Source: an uncultured Methylomirabilota bacterium (GTDB taxonomy: Bacteria > Methylomirabilota > Methylomirabilia > Methylomirabilales > 2-02-FULL-66-22). From it: 64,000 nucleotides of DNA. The stretch's first letter is position 1. Every line of letters begins with the position of its first letter. Positions 18,593-27,368 of this stretch are shown in pieces. The position numbers were made by a program, and so were the translations under genes. The notes under the pieces were generated by a model. It ran no database searches. It was given only the letters and a program-made list of their open reading frames with translations, and was not told where the DNA came from. The stretch covers positions 4,768,001-4,832,000 of the forward strand of contig OY970067.1 in NCBI GenBank assembly GCA_963705305.1, written 5' to 3'.

Positions 18593-19474
18593 CTACTTGG
18601 CGAAGGACTTGCCCCGGCCTAGGACCCCAGTCGGACGGAACATCAGCAGGCCCAGCATGATCGCGTAGAGGACGAGCCGGGACATGGTCAGGTCGTAAAA
18701 CATCTGCTGAAAGCTCATAAGCAGACCCATGATAAAGCCTGCCACCAGCGAGCCTTTCATATCCCCTGCGCCTCCGAGAACCGCCACCAGGCACGCCAAG
18801 ATAGCGTATTCAAACCCCAGATCGGGATAGATGGGAACGAGGGGGGCAAAGGCCAGGCCGGCGACCGCGGAACACACCAGGCTAATTCCAATAGCAATCG
18901 TGTACATTCGATTCACATTCAACCCGATGATCAATGCTCCCCTTCTATTGTCTGCACAGGCCCGAATGGTCTTCCCGGTTTCCGTTCTTCGAAAGAACGT
19001 TTCCATGCCTATCACAAATGCGACCGATACTCCGGCACCCACGATCATCGATGTCTTCAGAGATACCTCTCCCAAGAATACAACTCGCTCCAGCCAGTTC
19101 GAGCTCAGCAATATCGATGTGGGGCCGAAGATAATCAAGGCCAAGTTGGACAAAGCGATCAACAGGCCGAGGGCAAACACAAGTTGCATCTCGTGCTCGA
19201 TGTTGAGGATGTATCGGAGCAGCGCCTTGTATAGCAGGACGCCAAACACGTACGCCAGAGTGAAGAGAAACACAAATCCCGGATACGGTCCGACGCCAGT
19301 GTATTTGGCAATGACGAATAGTAGGTACATCCCCCACAGCGCGAACACTCCATGGGTAAAGAGCGGTAGATCTACGATCCCATAGACGAGGGTAAACCCC
19401 ATCCCCAGGACTCCGTAGATGGCGCCCATCAAGATTCCGCTCAGGATCGCTCGGACGATCAGCTCGGTAGTCAT
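18593..19474 (-). CDS. livH: LivH-like ABC permease
   Basis: GAIYGVLGMGFTLVYG, TETGKTIRA, VLGGAG, FRPTGVLG. Confidence 0.9.
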   Translation of the reverse strand: MTTELIVRAILSGILMGAIYGVLGMGFTLVYGIVDLPLFTHGVFALWGMYLLFVIAKYTGVGPYPGFVFLFTLAYVFGVLLYKALLRYILNIEHEMQLVFALGLLIALSNLALIIFGPTSILLSSNWLERVVFLGEVSLKTSMIVGAGVSVAFVIGMETFFRRTETGKTIRACADNRRGALIIGLNVNRMYTIAIGISLVCSAVAGLAFAPLVPIYPDLGFEYAILACLVAVLGGAGDMKGSLVAGFIMGLLMSFQQMFYDLTMSRLVLYAIMLGLLMFRPTGVLGRGKSFAK

Positions 19475-19536
19475 CGCGCTTTCCTCGGCCCTCGCCGCTC
19501 TCGGGGCCGGCCGGCTGCCCCCAGCCCCCCGCTCCC

Positions 19537-19832
19537 CTAGGCGGGCGGCGGATAGGAACGATGCTGGAAGACCCGCTTGTCGCGGGCGGGCAGGATCCGG
19601 CCCCGGCGGCCCTGCGCCTTCGCCTCGATCCGGGCCATGTTGTTCCAGGCCGCCAGCAGATCGGTGAAGAGTCCAATCGGCAAGTACTTCAGCTTCTTGG
19701 CGGGGTCACCCTCCAGGTTCTCGTAGCAGGAGACAGCATCCCCCGTAATGACGTAGGGCCCGGCGCCGGCACGGCTATGAGGCCCGGCCGGATCTCCTGC
19801 TCCTCCAGCCGGATGGTCTGCAGCCGGGGCAA
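19537..19832 (-). pseudogene. 3' fragment of a second AHL-lactonase-family MBL
   Basis: LEEQEIRPGLIAVPAPG // AGPYVITGDAVSCYENLEGDPAKKL...YPPPA aligns by eye with the C-terminus of 13110..13910. An internal frameshifting deletion removes the HS...TT segment. Confidence 0.85.
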
Positions 19833-20226
19833 CTTGGACAAGCCCAACGGGCTGGTCTTCTCCCCGGACGAGCGCAGCCTGTACGTCGCGGACACCGGGG
19901 TCAGCCACTGCCCGGGCGGCCCTCACCACATCGTCGCCTTCGATGTGGTGGAGGGCTCCCGCCTGGCCAACCACTGCGTCTTCGCCGAGATCATCCCCGG
20001 CGTGGCGGACGGCTTCCGGGTGGATACCGAGGGCAACATCTGGACGAGCGCCGGCGACGGCGTGCACTGCTATGCGCCAGATGGCGAGCTGATCGGGAAG
20101 ATCCACTTCCCGGAGGTCATCACCAACCTGGCCTTCGGCGGCCGCAAACGGAATCGGATTTTCGCCACCGGCGGCTCGGCGGTCTACGCCGTCTACGTCG
20201 GACAGAGCGAGGCGCAGCGGCCCTGA
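19828..20226 (+). pseudogene. 3' fragment of an SMP-30/gluconolactonase
   Basis: KPNGLVFSPDERSLYVADTG...ADGFRVDTEGNIW...NLAFGG. The N-terminal half is absent. Confidence 0.85.
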
Positions 20227-20296
20227 AGCGGGCGGGCGCCGGCGGGAGCGCGCGGCCGGCGGTCGGAGGGTCGAGCATGTGGACGATCTATCCGTA

Positions 20297-20441
20297 GGCC
20301 TCTGTTGCGTGATCGGCGCCAAGGCCGCCGGCGCCCGCCAGGTGATCATCACCGGGCTCAGCCGAGATGCCACGAAGCTGGCCCTGGCCAAGGAGCTGGG
20401 CGCCGACGCCGCAGCACCGCCGCCTTGATAGTATCCGCCAT
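20297..20441. pseudogene. Two oppositely oriented fragments of a Zn-dependent (MDR) alcohol dehydrogenase
   Basis: Minus strand 20441->20412 has an RBS and MADTIKAAVL. Plus strand 20297-20411 reads GLCCVIGAKAAGARQVIITGLSRDATKLALAKELGADA. Confidence 0.7.
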
Positions 20442-20495
20442 GTCGATCCCCCTTCGTGGTTCTGCTGATCCTTCGAGTCCTCATCAGTGTCCGGA

Positions 20496-21302
20496 CTAGC
20501 GCGCAGAGCTCTCGTACCCTCGTGCGGGGCTGCTGATCGTGACGCCCCCGTCCACGGGAAGGACTACCCCGGTGATGTACCGCGCCTCGTCAGAGGCGAG
20601 GAACAGGGCGGCGTATCCGACATCCCAGCCGGTGCCCTCGATACCTAAGGGAGACGCGCGCCGGCGGAGGTCGCGGGCTTCTGCGCTCATGCCGGCGCTG
20701 GACACCATTGGGGTGTACATGGGCCCTGGCGCGATACAGTTCACCCGAACGCCGTCTTTCGCGTGGTCGATGGCCATAGCGCGCGTGAGCGCAATGACCG
20801 CCCCCTTCGAGGCGGAGTACGGGGTCAAGCCGCGCGGACGCAGTGCGCTGATCGATGAGATGTTTATAATGGCACCTCCCCCGCCCGCCGCCATGGCCGG
20901 CACGGCATACTTGCCGGTCAGCAATATGCTCTTGACATTCACGGTCATCACCCGGTCCCAGTCCTCCTCCCCCGTGGTCACGACCGTACCGGGTCCTTCG
21001 ATGCCGACGTTGTTGTCGAGGACGTCCAGCCGACCCCAGCGGCGCGTCGCGCGGTCCACCATGGCGCGGCAGCGGTCGGCATCCGTCACGTCTCCCGGAA
21101 AGACTTCCGCCTCTCCACCCTCCTCTTTGATGGCCGCCAGCGTCTCCTCGGCTGCGCCCGGGTTCTGGTCCACCAGAAGAACTTTCGCGCCTTCCCGCGC
21201 AAACAGAATCGCCGCGGCGCGGCCGTTTCCGATCCCTGCGCCCCGGGATCCCGCCCCAGTGACAATCGCCACTTTGCCTTCAAGTCGGAGTTTGGCTGTC
21301 AT
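20496..21302 (-). CDS. Short-chain dehydrogenase/reductase (SDR)
   Basis: VTGAGSRGAGIG, NNVG, YSASK, VRVNCIAPG, VDGG. Confidence 0.93.
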   Translation of the reverse strand: MTAKLRLEGKVAIVTGAGSRGAGIGNGRAAAILFAREGAKVLLVDQNPGAAEETLAAIKEEGGEAEVFPGDVTDADRCRAMVDRATRRWGRLDVLDNNVGIEGPGTVVTTGEEDWDRVMTVNVKSILLTGKYAVPAMAAGGGGAIINISSISALRPRGLTPYSASKGAVIALTRAMAIDHAKDGVRVNCIAPGPMYTPMVSSAGMSAEARDLRRRASPLGIEGTGWDVGYAALFLASDEARYITGVVLPVDGGVTISSPARGYESSAR

Positions 21303-21372
21303 GTGATCACCCTTTCGCGAGTCAGGCTGGTCTCCTCCCGGGTTCCGCGTCAAGCTCAGTGCCTCCACCCTT

Positions 21373-21514
21373 AATCTCCGGCTAACGTCGCAGGCCGGTA
21401 GCGCACATGAGTCGCGCCCGCATTCATGGTTGCGGGGCCGGCTGCCCGCCTCGGACCTGGTCGCACCCGACGGGTGGCGCCCCGTAGAGGCGATGCACAA
21501 GTTAGCCGGAGATT
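21373..21514. repeat. 142-bp element bounded by a perfect 14-bp inverted repeat
   Basis: AATCTCCGGCTAAC (21373-21386) and GTTAGCCGGAGATT (21501-21514). Confidence 0.6.
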
Positions 21515-21841
21515 TGGGCTCCACGTACTTGTGCCTCGCGCATGGTTCCGGCAATCCCAGCACTCAGACCGCCACACAGGTGACCCATGCCGACGGGGCT
21601 TGGAAAGAATCGCCCTTGGACGCAAGGGTGCGAGAGCGGCGGGGCTCCGGTTCTGGCTGTTCGGGTGGAGATCAGGTCGGGAGGCGGAATGGTGGACAGG
21701 CGCCCAGGCAGGCCCGTGAAAAGCTGCGGCGGCTCGATTCTGGTATACCGGGACTCGCCCCGTAACATGGACGCCAACAATCCAATCCATGCGATCTCCC
21801 GCCTGCCGCTAGGATTCCGGACAACACCGCCGGGGGCGCGC

Positions 21842-22678
21842 TCACGCGCTACTTAACGTGCGAAAATGCCTGGTCTGATAGTCGCGAGGTGGTTTCGCGC
21901 CGAGCTTCGCCATGATTTCCTGAGCATACCTGATCACCAGTTTCGCGAACGCCGGGACCATCGTGTCGTCGAAGCGATTCTCAGGGACCGACAGATTCAG
22001 CTCGCCGATAATGTTGCCGTTCGGACCCCAGATCGGCGCCCCGACGGCCACGGAGCCCTTGGTTCGTTGCCCACGCGAGAACGCGTACCCGCGCGCGCGC
22101 ACCCGCGCCAGCTCTTCTTCGAGCGCGACAGCATCGGTGATCGTGGTGTCCGTAATCCGCAGCAGGCCGTGCCGCTTTACGATTGCGCCGCGCTCCTCCG
22201 GGGGCAGAAACGCCATCACGGCCAATCCGCTCGCACCGGCATGGACGGGGATCCATTCGTTCATCGGGACGATATACCGAATCGGGTGGCTGGAATCGAT
22301 AAAGGTGAGAAACATCATCTGGAGGCGAGAGGAATCGTAGTACCCGAGGAACGCAGCCTCGTTGCACTTGGCGACCAGTTCGCGCATGATCGGCACGGCC
22401 ACGTTTCGCAGCGCGAAGTCGGCCTGAACCTTCAAGGCCAACCGGTAAAACTCCGCCCCGATCTGGTAGTGCCCCGAAACGGTGCTCCGATGCACGAAGC
22501 CGTGCTTGGTGAGCCCCCTCAGGGTCCGATGCAGGGTCGCGGGCGGCCAGCCTAGTTCCCGCGCAAGGTGCCGAACTCCCCATTCTTTCACCCGGCCGCC
22601 ACTGGAGCCGTCAACCATGCAGGAGATGACTTGCACGGCCCTGCCGAGCCCGTCGCGCTGGCCTGAATTGCTTCCCAT
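21842..22678 (-). CDS. IclR family transcriptional regulator
   Basis: HTH (GVRHLARELGWPPATLHRTL), PVHAGASGLA, ELARVRARGYA, VGAPI. Confidence 0.92.
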   Translation of the reverse strand: MGSNSGQRDGLGRAVQVISCMVDGSSGGRVKEWGVRHLARELGWPPATLHRTLRGLTKHGFVHRSTVSGHYQIGAEFYRLALKVQADFALRNVAVPIMRELVAKCNEAAFLGYYDSSRLQMMFLTFIDSSHPIRYIVPMNEWIPVHAGASGLAVMAFLPPEERGAIVKRHGLLRITDTTITDAVALEEELARVRARGYAFSRGQRTKGSVAVGAPIWGPNGNIIGELNLSVPENRFDDTMVPAFAKLVIRYAQEIMAKLGAKPPRDYQTRHFRTLSSA

Positions 22679-22789
22679 GCGGGCCCTGCTCTCCGCGACG
22701 CGTGCTCCCTTCAGAGAAACACGCATATCGTTTAGAAGTACGTATCTCAACCCCGCGGCCGATGTCAAGAGGAATTTGAGCCCCCCTCA

Positions 22790-23637
22790 ACGGCCGCCAT
22801 GAACGGCTACCCGGTGACCACGCTGCGCGAAGGCGACAAGCAGATCCCGGTGGTCACCCGGTTGCGCATCGGAGAACGCGCGCAGCTCGCCGACGTTCAG
22901 AACCTCTATGTGTATGCGTCGCACGGGTCCCAGAAAGTGCCGCTGCGGTCGATTTCCACGATCGAGCACAGTCTGGACACCGAGCGCATCGTTCGGTTGG
23001 AGCACTTCCGCACGATTTCGGTACGCTGCTTTCCGATCGCAGGCAAGCTGGCCTCCGAAGTCCTGGCGGCGGCCCGGCCGCAGCTCGCGCAGTTCGCGAA
23101 ATCCTTGCCACCGGGATACACGATGCAGATCGGCGGCGAGGATGACAAACAGAAGAGCGGATTCAGGGATCTTACGGTCGTCCTGGCGATCTCGGTGTTT
23201 GTGATCTTCCTGGCCCTGCTCTTCCAGTTCAACAGTGCGGTGAAGCCGCTCCTCGTCTTTGCCGCCGTGCCCTACGGCGTGGTCGGGGCGCTCGCGGCGC
23301 TGTGGATCATGGGCACGCCGTTCGGCTTCATGGCCTTCCTGGGCGTGGCCAGCCTGGTGGGCGTGATCGTCAGCCACGTGATCGTGCTGTTCGATTTCAT
23401 CGAGGAAAAGCACGAGGAGGGGGAGCCATTCGAGGAAGCGGTGATCGATGCCGGCATCATCCGCTTGCGCTCCACGGGGGACCACTCTGGCAACCGCTCT
23501 GCTATACGCAGATTGGCGGATTGACCGTCGCGACGTTCATCACGTTGTTGATGGTGCCGGTCCTGTACGCGATCTTCGTTCTGGACCTCAAGATTCTGAA
23601 ATGGGAAACGAAGGTCGTGCGCAGCGGCAAGGAGTAA
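22790..23637 (+). pseudogene. C-terminal fragment of an AcrB/RND efflux permease with an internal deletion
   Basis: IGGEDDKQ...LLFQFNS...GVASLVGVIVSHVIVLFDFI...IIRLR, then a frame change to LHGGPLWQPLCYTQIGGL...VPVLY. The usual PVLIT segment and the first ~800 aa are missing. Confidence 0.85.
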
Positions 23638-23739
23638 GCCGCGCGGCGTTGAGCTTCCGGCGCGCCTCTGATGGGAGGGTGAGTGGGGCGGAGCGTATAT
23701 ATAAATGGTGCCCCCAGGGGGACACATGCGCTGGTGGCC

Positions 23740-24787
23740 AGAGGACCTCAAGCGCCGGGAGGGAGACGTTACCTCCGGGCGGCCCGTGAGCCCTCGCGCC
23801 AGCCGGGTCAAGGTGGAGGAAATCCTCCAAGATCTCTTGAACGAATACCGCACGAACGAGCGCCGGAGCCTTGAGGGGGTGACGCGCGCCGTGGCCCGGC
23901 TGGACGCGGCACTCGGGGCCCGGCGGGCGCACGACCTGACCTCTGCCGACGTGCGAACCTACACGGCCGAACGCCAGAAGGAAGGTGCGGCGAACGCCAC
24001 CATTAACCGCGAGCTGGCCGCCCTCAAGCGAGCGTTGAATCTGGCCGTCAAAGAGGAAAAGATCCTCCGCCGCCCCTACATCCCCATGCTGGCGGAGCAC
24101 AACGTCAGGACCGGCTTTTTCGGAGAAGTCGAATTCCTGGCCCTCCATGATGCCCTCCCTGCCCCGCTGAATCACGTTCTCGCATTCGGCTACACCTACG
24201 GCTGGCGGAAATCGGAAATCCTCGGCTTGCGGTGGGAGCACGTGGACTTCACGGCCGGGACGGTCCGGCTGGATCCGGGCACCACCAAGAACCGCGAGGG
24301 GCGCACAGTCGTCTTGACCGCCAGCCTCCGAGATACCCTCCGCCGGCTGTGGGAGGAAACCCGGGCCCTGGCCGAGCGCAAGGGAAAGCCGATCCCGTGG
24401 GTATTCCACCGGGACGGCGAGCCTGTCCGGGACTTCCGCGGGGCCTGGGAGACCGCCTGCATTGCGGCCGGCCTGTGCCGGGTGGAGACGGAAAACGGCG
24501 AAGAACGGAAGATCCCGACGCGGCTGTTTCACGACCTCCGCCGGACGGCCGTCCGGAACATGGTCCGCGCCAGCATTCCCGAGCGGGTGGCTATGAGCAT
24601 CACCGGACACAAGACGCGGAGCGTGTTTGATCGGTACGACATCGTTAGCGAGTTGGACCTCCGGCAAGCGGCGGAGAAACTCGGCGGGCAACCCGTGGCC
24701 GAAGGCGCCACGGGCACAATTCCGGGCACAGCGGAGGCAGCCGAGGCCTTGTTGAAATCGGCCCTGGACGCTAACCCATCGGTTTAA
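23740..24787 (+). mobile_element. Tyrosine recombinase/phage integrase, N-terminally truncated
   Basis: ATINRELAALKR, GWRKSE (R), TKN (K), FHDLRR (HxxR), GHKT, RYD (Y). The stop lies 1 nt from the tRNA-Leu CCA end. Confidence 0.9.
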
Positions 24788-24788
24788 T

Positions 24789-24875
24789 TGGTGCGGGAGG
24801 CGGGACTTGAACCCGCACGGGCCGAGGCCCACAAGATTTTAAGTCTCGCGCGTCTGCCGGTTTCGCCACTCCCGC
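24789..24875 (-). tRNA. leuZ: tRNA-Leu(TAA)
   Basis: GCGGGAG acceptor stem, CGAGA-CT TAA AA-TCTTG anticodon arm, long variable arm, GGTTCAAGTCC, encoded CCA. Confidence 0.97.
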
Positions 24876-24892
24876 GATCGGCTGCCGGAGGA

Positions 24893-24921
24893 TTCCTAGC
24901 ACCAGTCCTGCGGCAAGTCAA
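24893..24921 (-). promoter_or_regulatory. Putative promoter of tRNA-Leu
   Basis: TTGACT-17 nt-(TGC)TAGGAA; the -10 is imperfect. Confidence 0.5.
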
Positions 24922-25005
24922 GGCTCATGGCGCGCCCGGCCATGCTCCCACCGGATGGGGGGTGGCAGTGGGGGGCCGGGGCAGTCCTCGGCCCTCCTGC
25001 CTGCC

Positions 25006-26136
25006 TCATGCGGAGGTGTCGAAGAACACCACCCGGGTCAGGTCGAAGTTGTAGCGGATGTCGTCGCCGGGACGCAGCGGCGCGTTCCAGGCGATCAGCG
25101 GGATGTCGGCTTCGAACCGCGAGCCGTGGTTGCGGTAGCCGGGACCGAGGGGGACACGGTCGCGCAGGACGGAACCGAAGACCGTGTCGCGGTCGGCGCC
25201 CACGACGATATCCCCGATCCGGTCTGCGTCCAGGTGGTAGGCGGCCGCCGCGGCCTCGGACGGGAGCGCCTGGTCCACCTCCGGCATGGCCGCGAGGAAC
25301 CCGATGACCTCGTCGCGGGCGGCCCGGTCCGACAGGTAGACGTACGCGACCCCGCCATGCCCGCCATGGTGCTTGACCAGCCGGTCGGCGACCGGCGAGA
25401 TCACGGCCTTGACCGGGAATCCGGCGCCTTCGAGAATCGTTTCGAGGTCGAGGCAGACCGCCTTGGGGTTCATCCCGTGATCGGCGGTGACCAGGACGGC
25501 GGCGTCCGGATGCCGGTCGACGACCTCCCCGATCAGCCGGTCCAGCCGCGCCAGGTGGTCGAGCGACTGGGGGGCTTGCGGCCCCCACATGTGCATGGGG
25601 TAGTCCGTCGTGTGGATGTAGAGCACGCCGATGGCCGGCTCCTCGGCGAGCAGCCGCAGGCCGGCCCGCATGATCCACTCGTTGGCCTCGATCGAGTAGA
25701 TGTCGGGCGGCGCCCCGAACCGCGCGACGGTCGAGGCCTCTGGGTCCTGCACGGACACCCCCACCGCGACCGACGGGCCCAGGATGCGGACCGTCTTCGA
25801 TTTCGACGTCACCAGGGCCGAGCGGATCCCCTGGCGCGCCGCCACGTCGAACAGCGTCGGGCTCTTCAGGAAGCTCGGGTCTTCGAGGAATGCCGGCCGG
25901 TTGGTGGCCGGGTCCAGGTAGCAGTTCGTCGTGACCCCGTGCGTCTCGGGAAAGGCGCCGCAGACTATCGAGAGATTGTTCGCGTTGGTCAGGGTCGGGA
26001 AGATGGCCAGCCCTTCGCGGAAGAAGCCCTGTTGCGCCATCCGCTTCAGCGCCGGCATCTCCGCCGCGCGGTAATAGTCCAGGCCGAACCCGTCGATCAT
26101 CAGCACGATGCACAACTGCCCGCGATTCAGGCGCAT
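25006..26136 (-). CDS. Alkaline phosphatase superfamily enzyme, phosphonoacetate hydrolase (PhnA)-like
   Basis: MIDG, PTLTNANNLSIVCG...HG, YIHTTDYPMH, TADHGM, NHGS. Confidence 0.8.
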   Translation of the reverse strand: MRLNRGQLCIVLMIDGFGLDYYRAAEMPALKRMAQQGFFREGLAIFPTLTNANNLSIVCGAFPETHGVTTNCYLDPATNRPAFLEDPSFLKSPTLFDVAARQGIRSALVTSKSKTVRILGPSVAVGVSVQDPEASTVARFGAPPDIYSIEANEWIMRAGLRLLAEEPAIGVLYIHTTDYPMHMWGPQAPQSLDHLARLDRLIGEVVDRHPDAAVLVTADHGMNPKAVCLDLETILEGAGFPVKAVISPVADRLVKHHGGHGGVAYVYLSDRAARDEVIGFLAAMPEVDQALPSEAAAAAYHLDADRIGDIVVGADRDTVFGSVLRDRVPLGPGYRNHGSRFEADIPLIAWNAPLRPGDDIRYNFDLTRVVFFDTSA

Positions 26137-26452
26137 TCTCTTCCCTCCTTCTCGCCGCCGATCGCTCGCACGCCTTAAGGCGAGGGGCGATCAGGGTTTG
26201 CGGTTCGGCCTTGTTGTCCTCCCGGTGACCCGACTCCCCCCGACCGCGGCTGACCCCATTCCGAAAATATTCCATCACCAAGGCGCCAAGCATGCCATGG
26301 CTGGAATGGGCGGAAGACCCTGCGACCGGAGCCGCGTCAAGCCCCCCGGAGGGATCGTTCCTGAGCACGGAGTCAAACCGGCCGAACCCCGTGGATCATG
26401 AGACCTTGGCGTCATGGCGGTTCAAGGGTTTTATTCGGTTCAAGGCCGATTC

Positions 26453-27277
26453 TCAACGGAGAATCTCGTCGTCCTCCTCGTCCGCCGCATCCGAAAGCCC
26501 CTCGGCCATGGCCATGGCATCGTAGACCGCCTCCACGAGCTCCTCGTCTTCGGAGTCGGTCAGGTCGGCGAGGATCTCCAGCGCCTCCCGGGGGCGGATG
26601 CCGGCCACGGCGTCAATCGCTGCCAGCAGCAGGGGCTTATCGGTCCTCTTCGAGGTGACGAGGGCGGCGATGTGCGGCCAGGCGGCGTCCACTCCCCAGT
26701 TGCCAGCCGCGCAGACCGCCTCATAGCGGATAGCCGCGCTCTGGTTGTCGAGCGCTTCCATGATCTGCGCATCGAATCCACGAACGTACCGCATGCAAAA
26801 GACGGCCGTGAGCCTCCAGGCCTCGTCCCTACTTTCGTAGGCGGCGCGGACCGCACCCTGGTGCCAGCCCTGCGGGGCGCGCACCGAGGCTTCCAGGATC
26901 CGCCGCCGCACGTCCTCCGGAACGCCGGCATCCGTGTACAGCGCGCGCAGCGACTGCTGGATCGCGTGGAGCGTTCGTTCGGTGATCGGCACCTCCTCGG
27001 GGTCCTCGAACCCCTGCGTGTCGGCGTGCTCGAGAACGGGGCCCAGGGAGATAACCGCCTTGCCGCGTAGCGTCTCGGATTGCTCGCTGTTACGCACGAT
27101 CGACAGCAAGGCTTCGACCAGTTCGCTGTTGATCACGGTGAGATCGCCCGCCAGCTCCGCCGCGAGGAGCCGGTCGGACTCCGGGGCCCGGTCATCCCGA
27201 AGGAGGTCGAGGATCATCCGGCCGGCGCCTTCCGGCCAGTCCCAGGGCGGGGAGTCTTTCAACCTCTTCACGTCCAT
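26453..27277 (-). CDS. HEAT/PBS-lyase repeat protein
   Basis: Repeated helical units (LRGKAVISLG, VRRRILEAS, IRYEAVCAAG). RBS GAGGGG. Confidence 0.75.
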   Translation of the reverse strand: MDVKRLKDSPPWDWPEGAGRMILDLLRDDRAPESDRLLAAELAGDLTVINSELVEALLSIVRNSEQSETLRGKAVISLGPVLEHADTQGFEDPEEVPITERTLHAIQQSLRALYTDAGVPEDVRRRILEASVRAPQGWHQGAVRAAYESRDEAWRLTAVFCMRYVRGFDAQIMEALDNQSAAIRYEAVCAAGNWGVDAAWPHIAALVTSKRTDKPLLLAAIDAVAGIRPREALEILADLTDSEDEELVEAVYDAMAMAEGLSDAADEEDDEILR

Positions 27278-27368
27278 GTTCACCCCTCGCATGCATGGTT
27301 GTCCGCCTCGTTGCTCTTTCCATCTGCGGAGAGCCAGTCTCGATTCGCCATCGTGTCGTCGCGGCCCC

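Noticed and set aside
19537..20484. 315-aa and 221-aa ORFs across the scrambled patch as real genes
   Set aside because: They are chance read-throughs across junctions of gene fragments on opposite strands.
21380..21507. Definite integron attC site or cassette array
   Set aside because: L boxes are not recognisable, it is a single site, and the nearby integrase looks phage-type rather than IntI. Kept only as an unexplained inverted repeat.
1..24788. Direct repeat of the tRNA-Leu 3' end marking the far island border
   Set aside because: I found no convincing TGGTGCGGGAGGCGGG copy by eye (only partial GC-rich matches such as ~21677), so the island's left limit is undefined.
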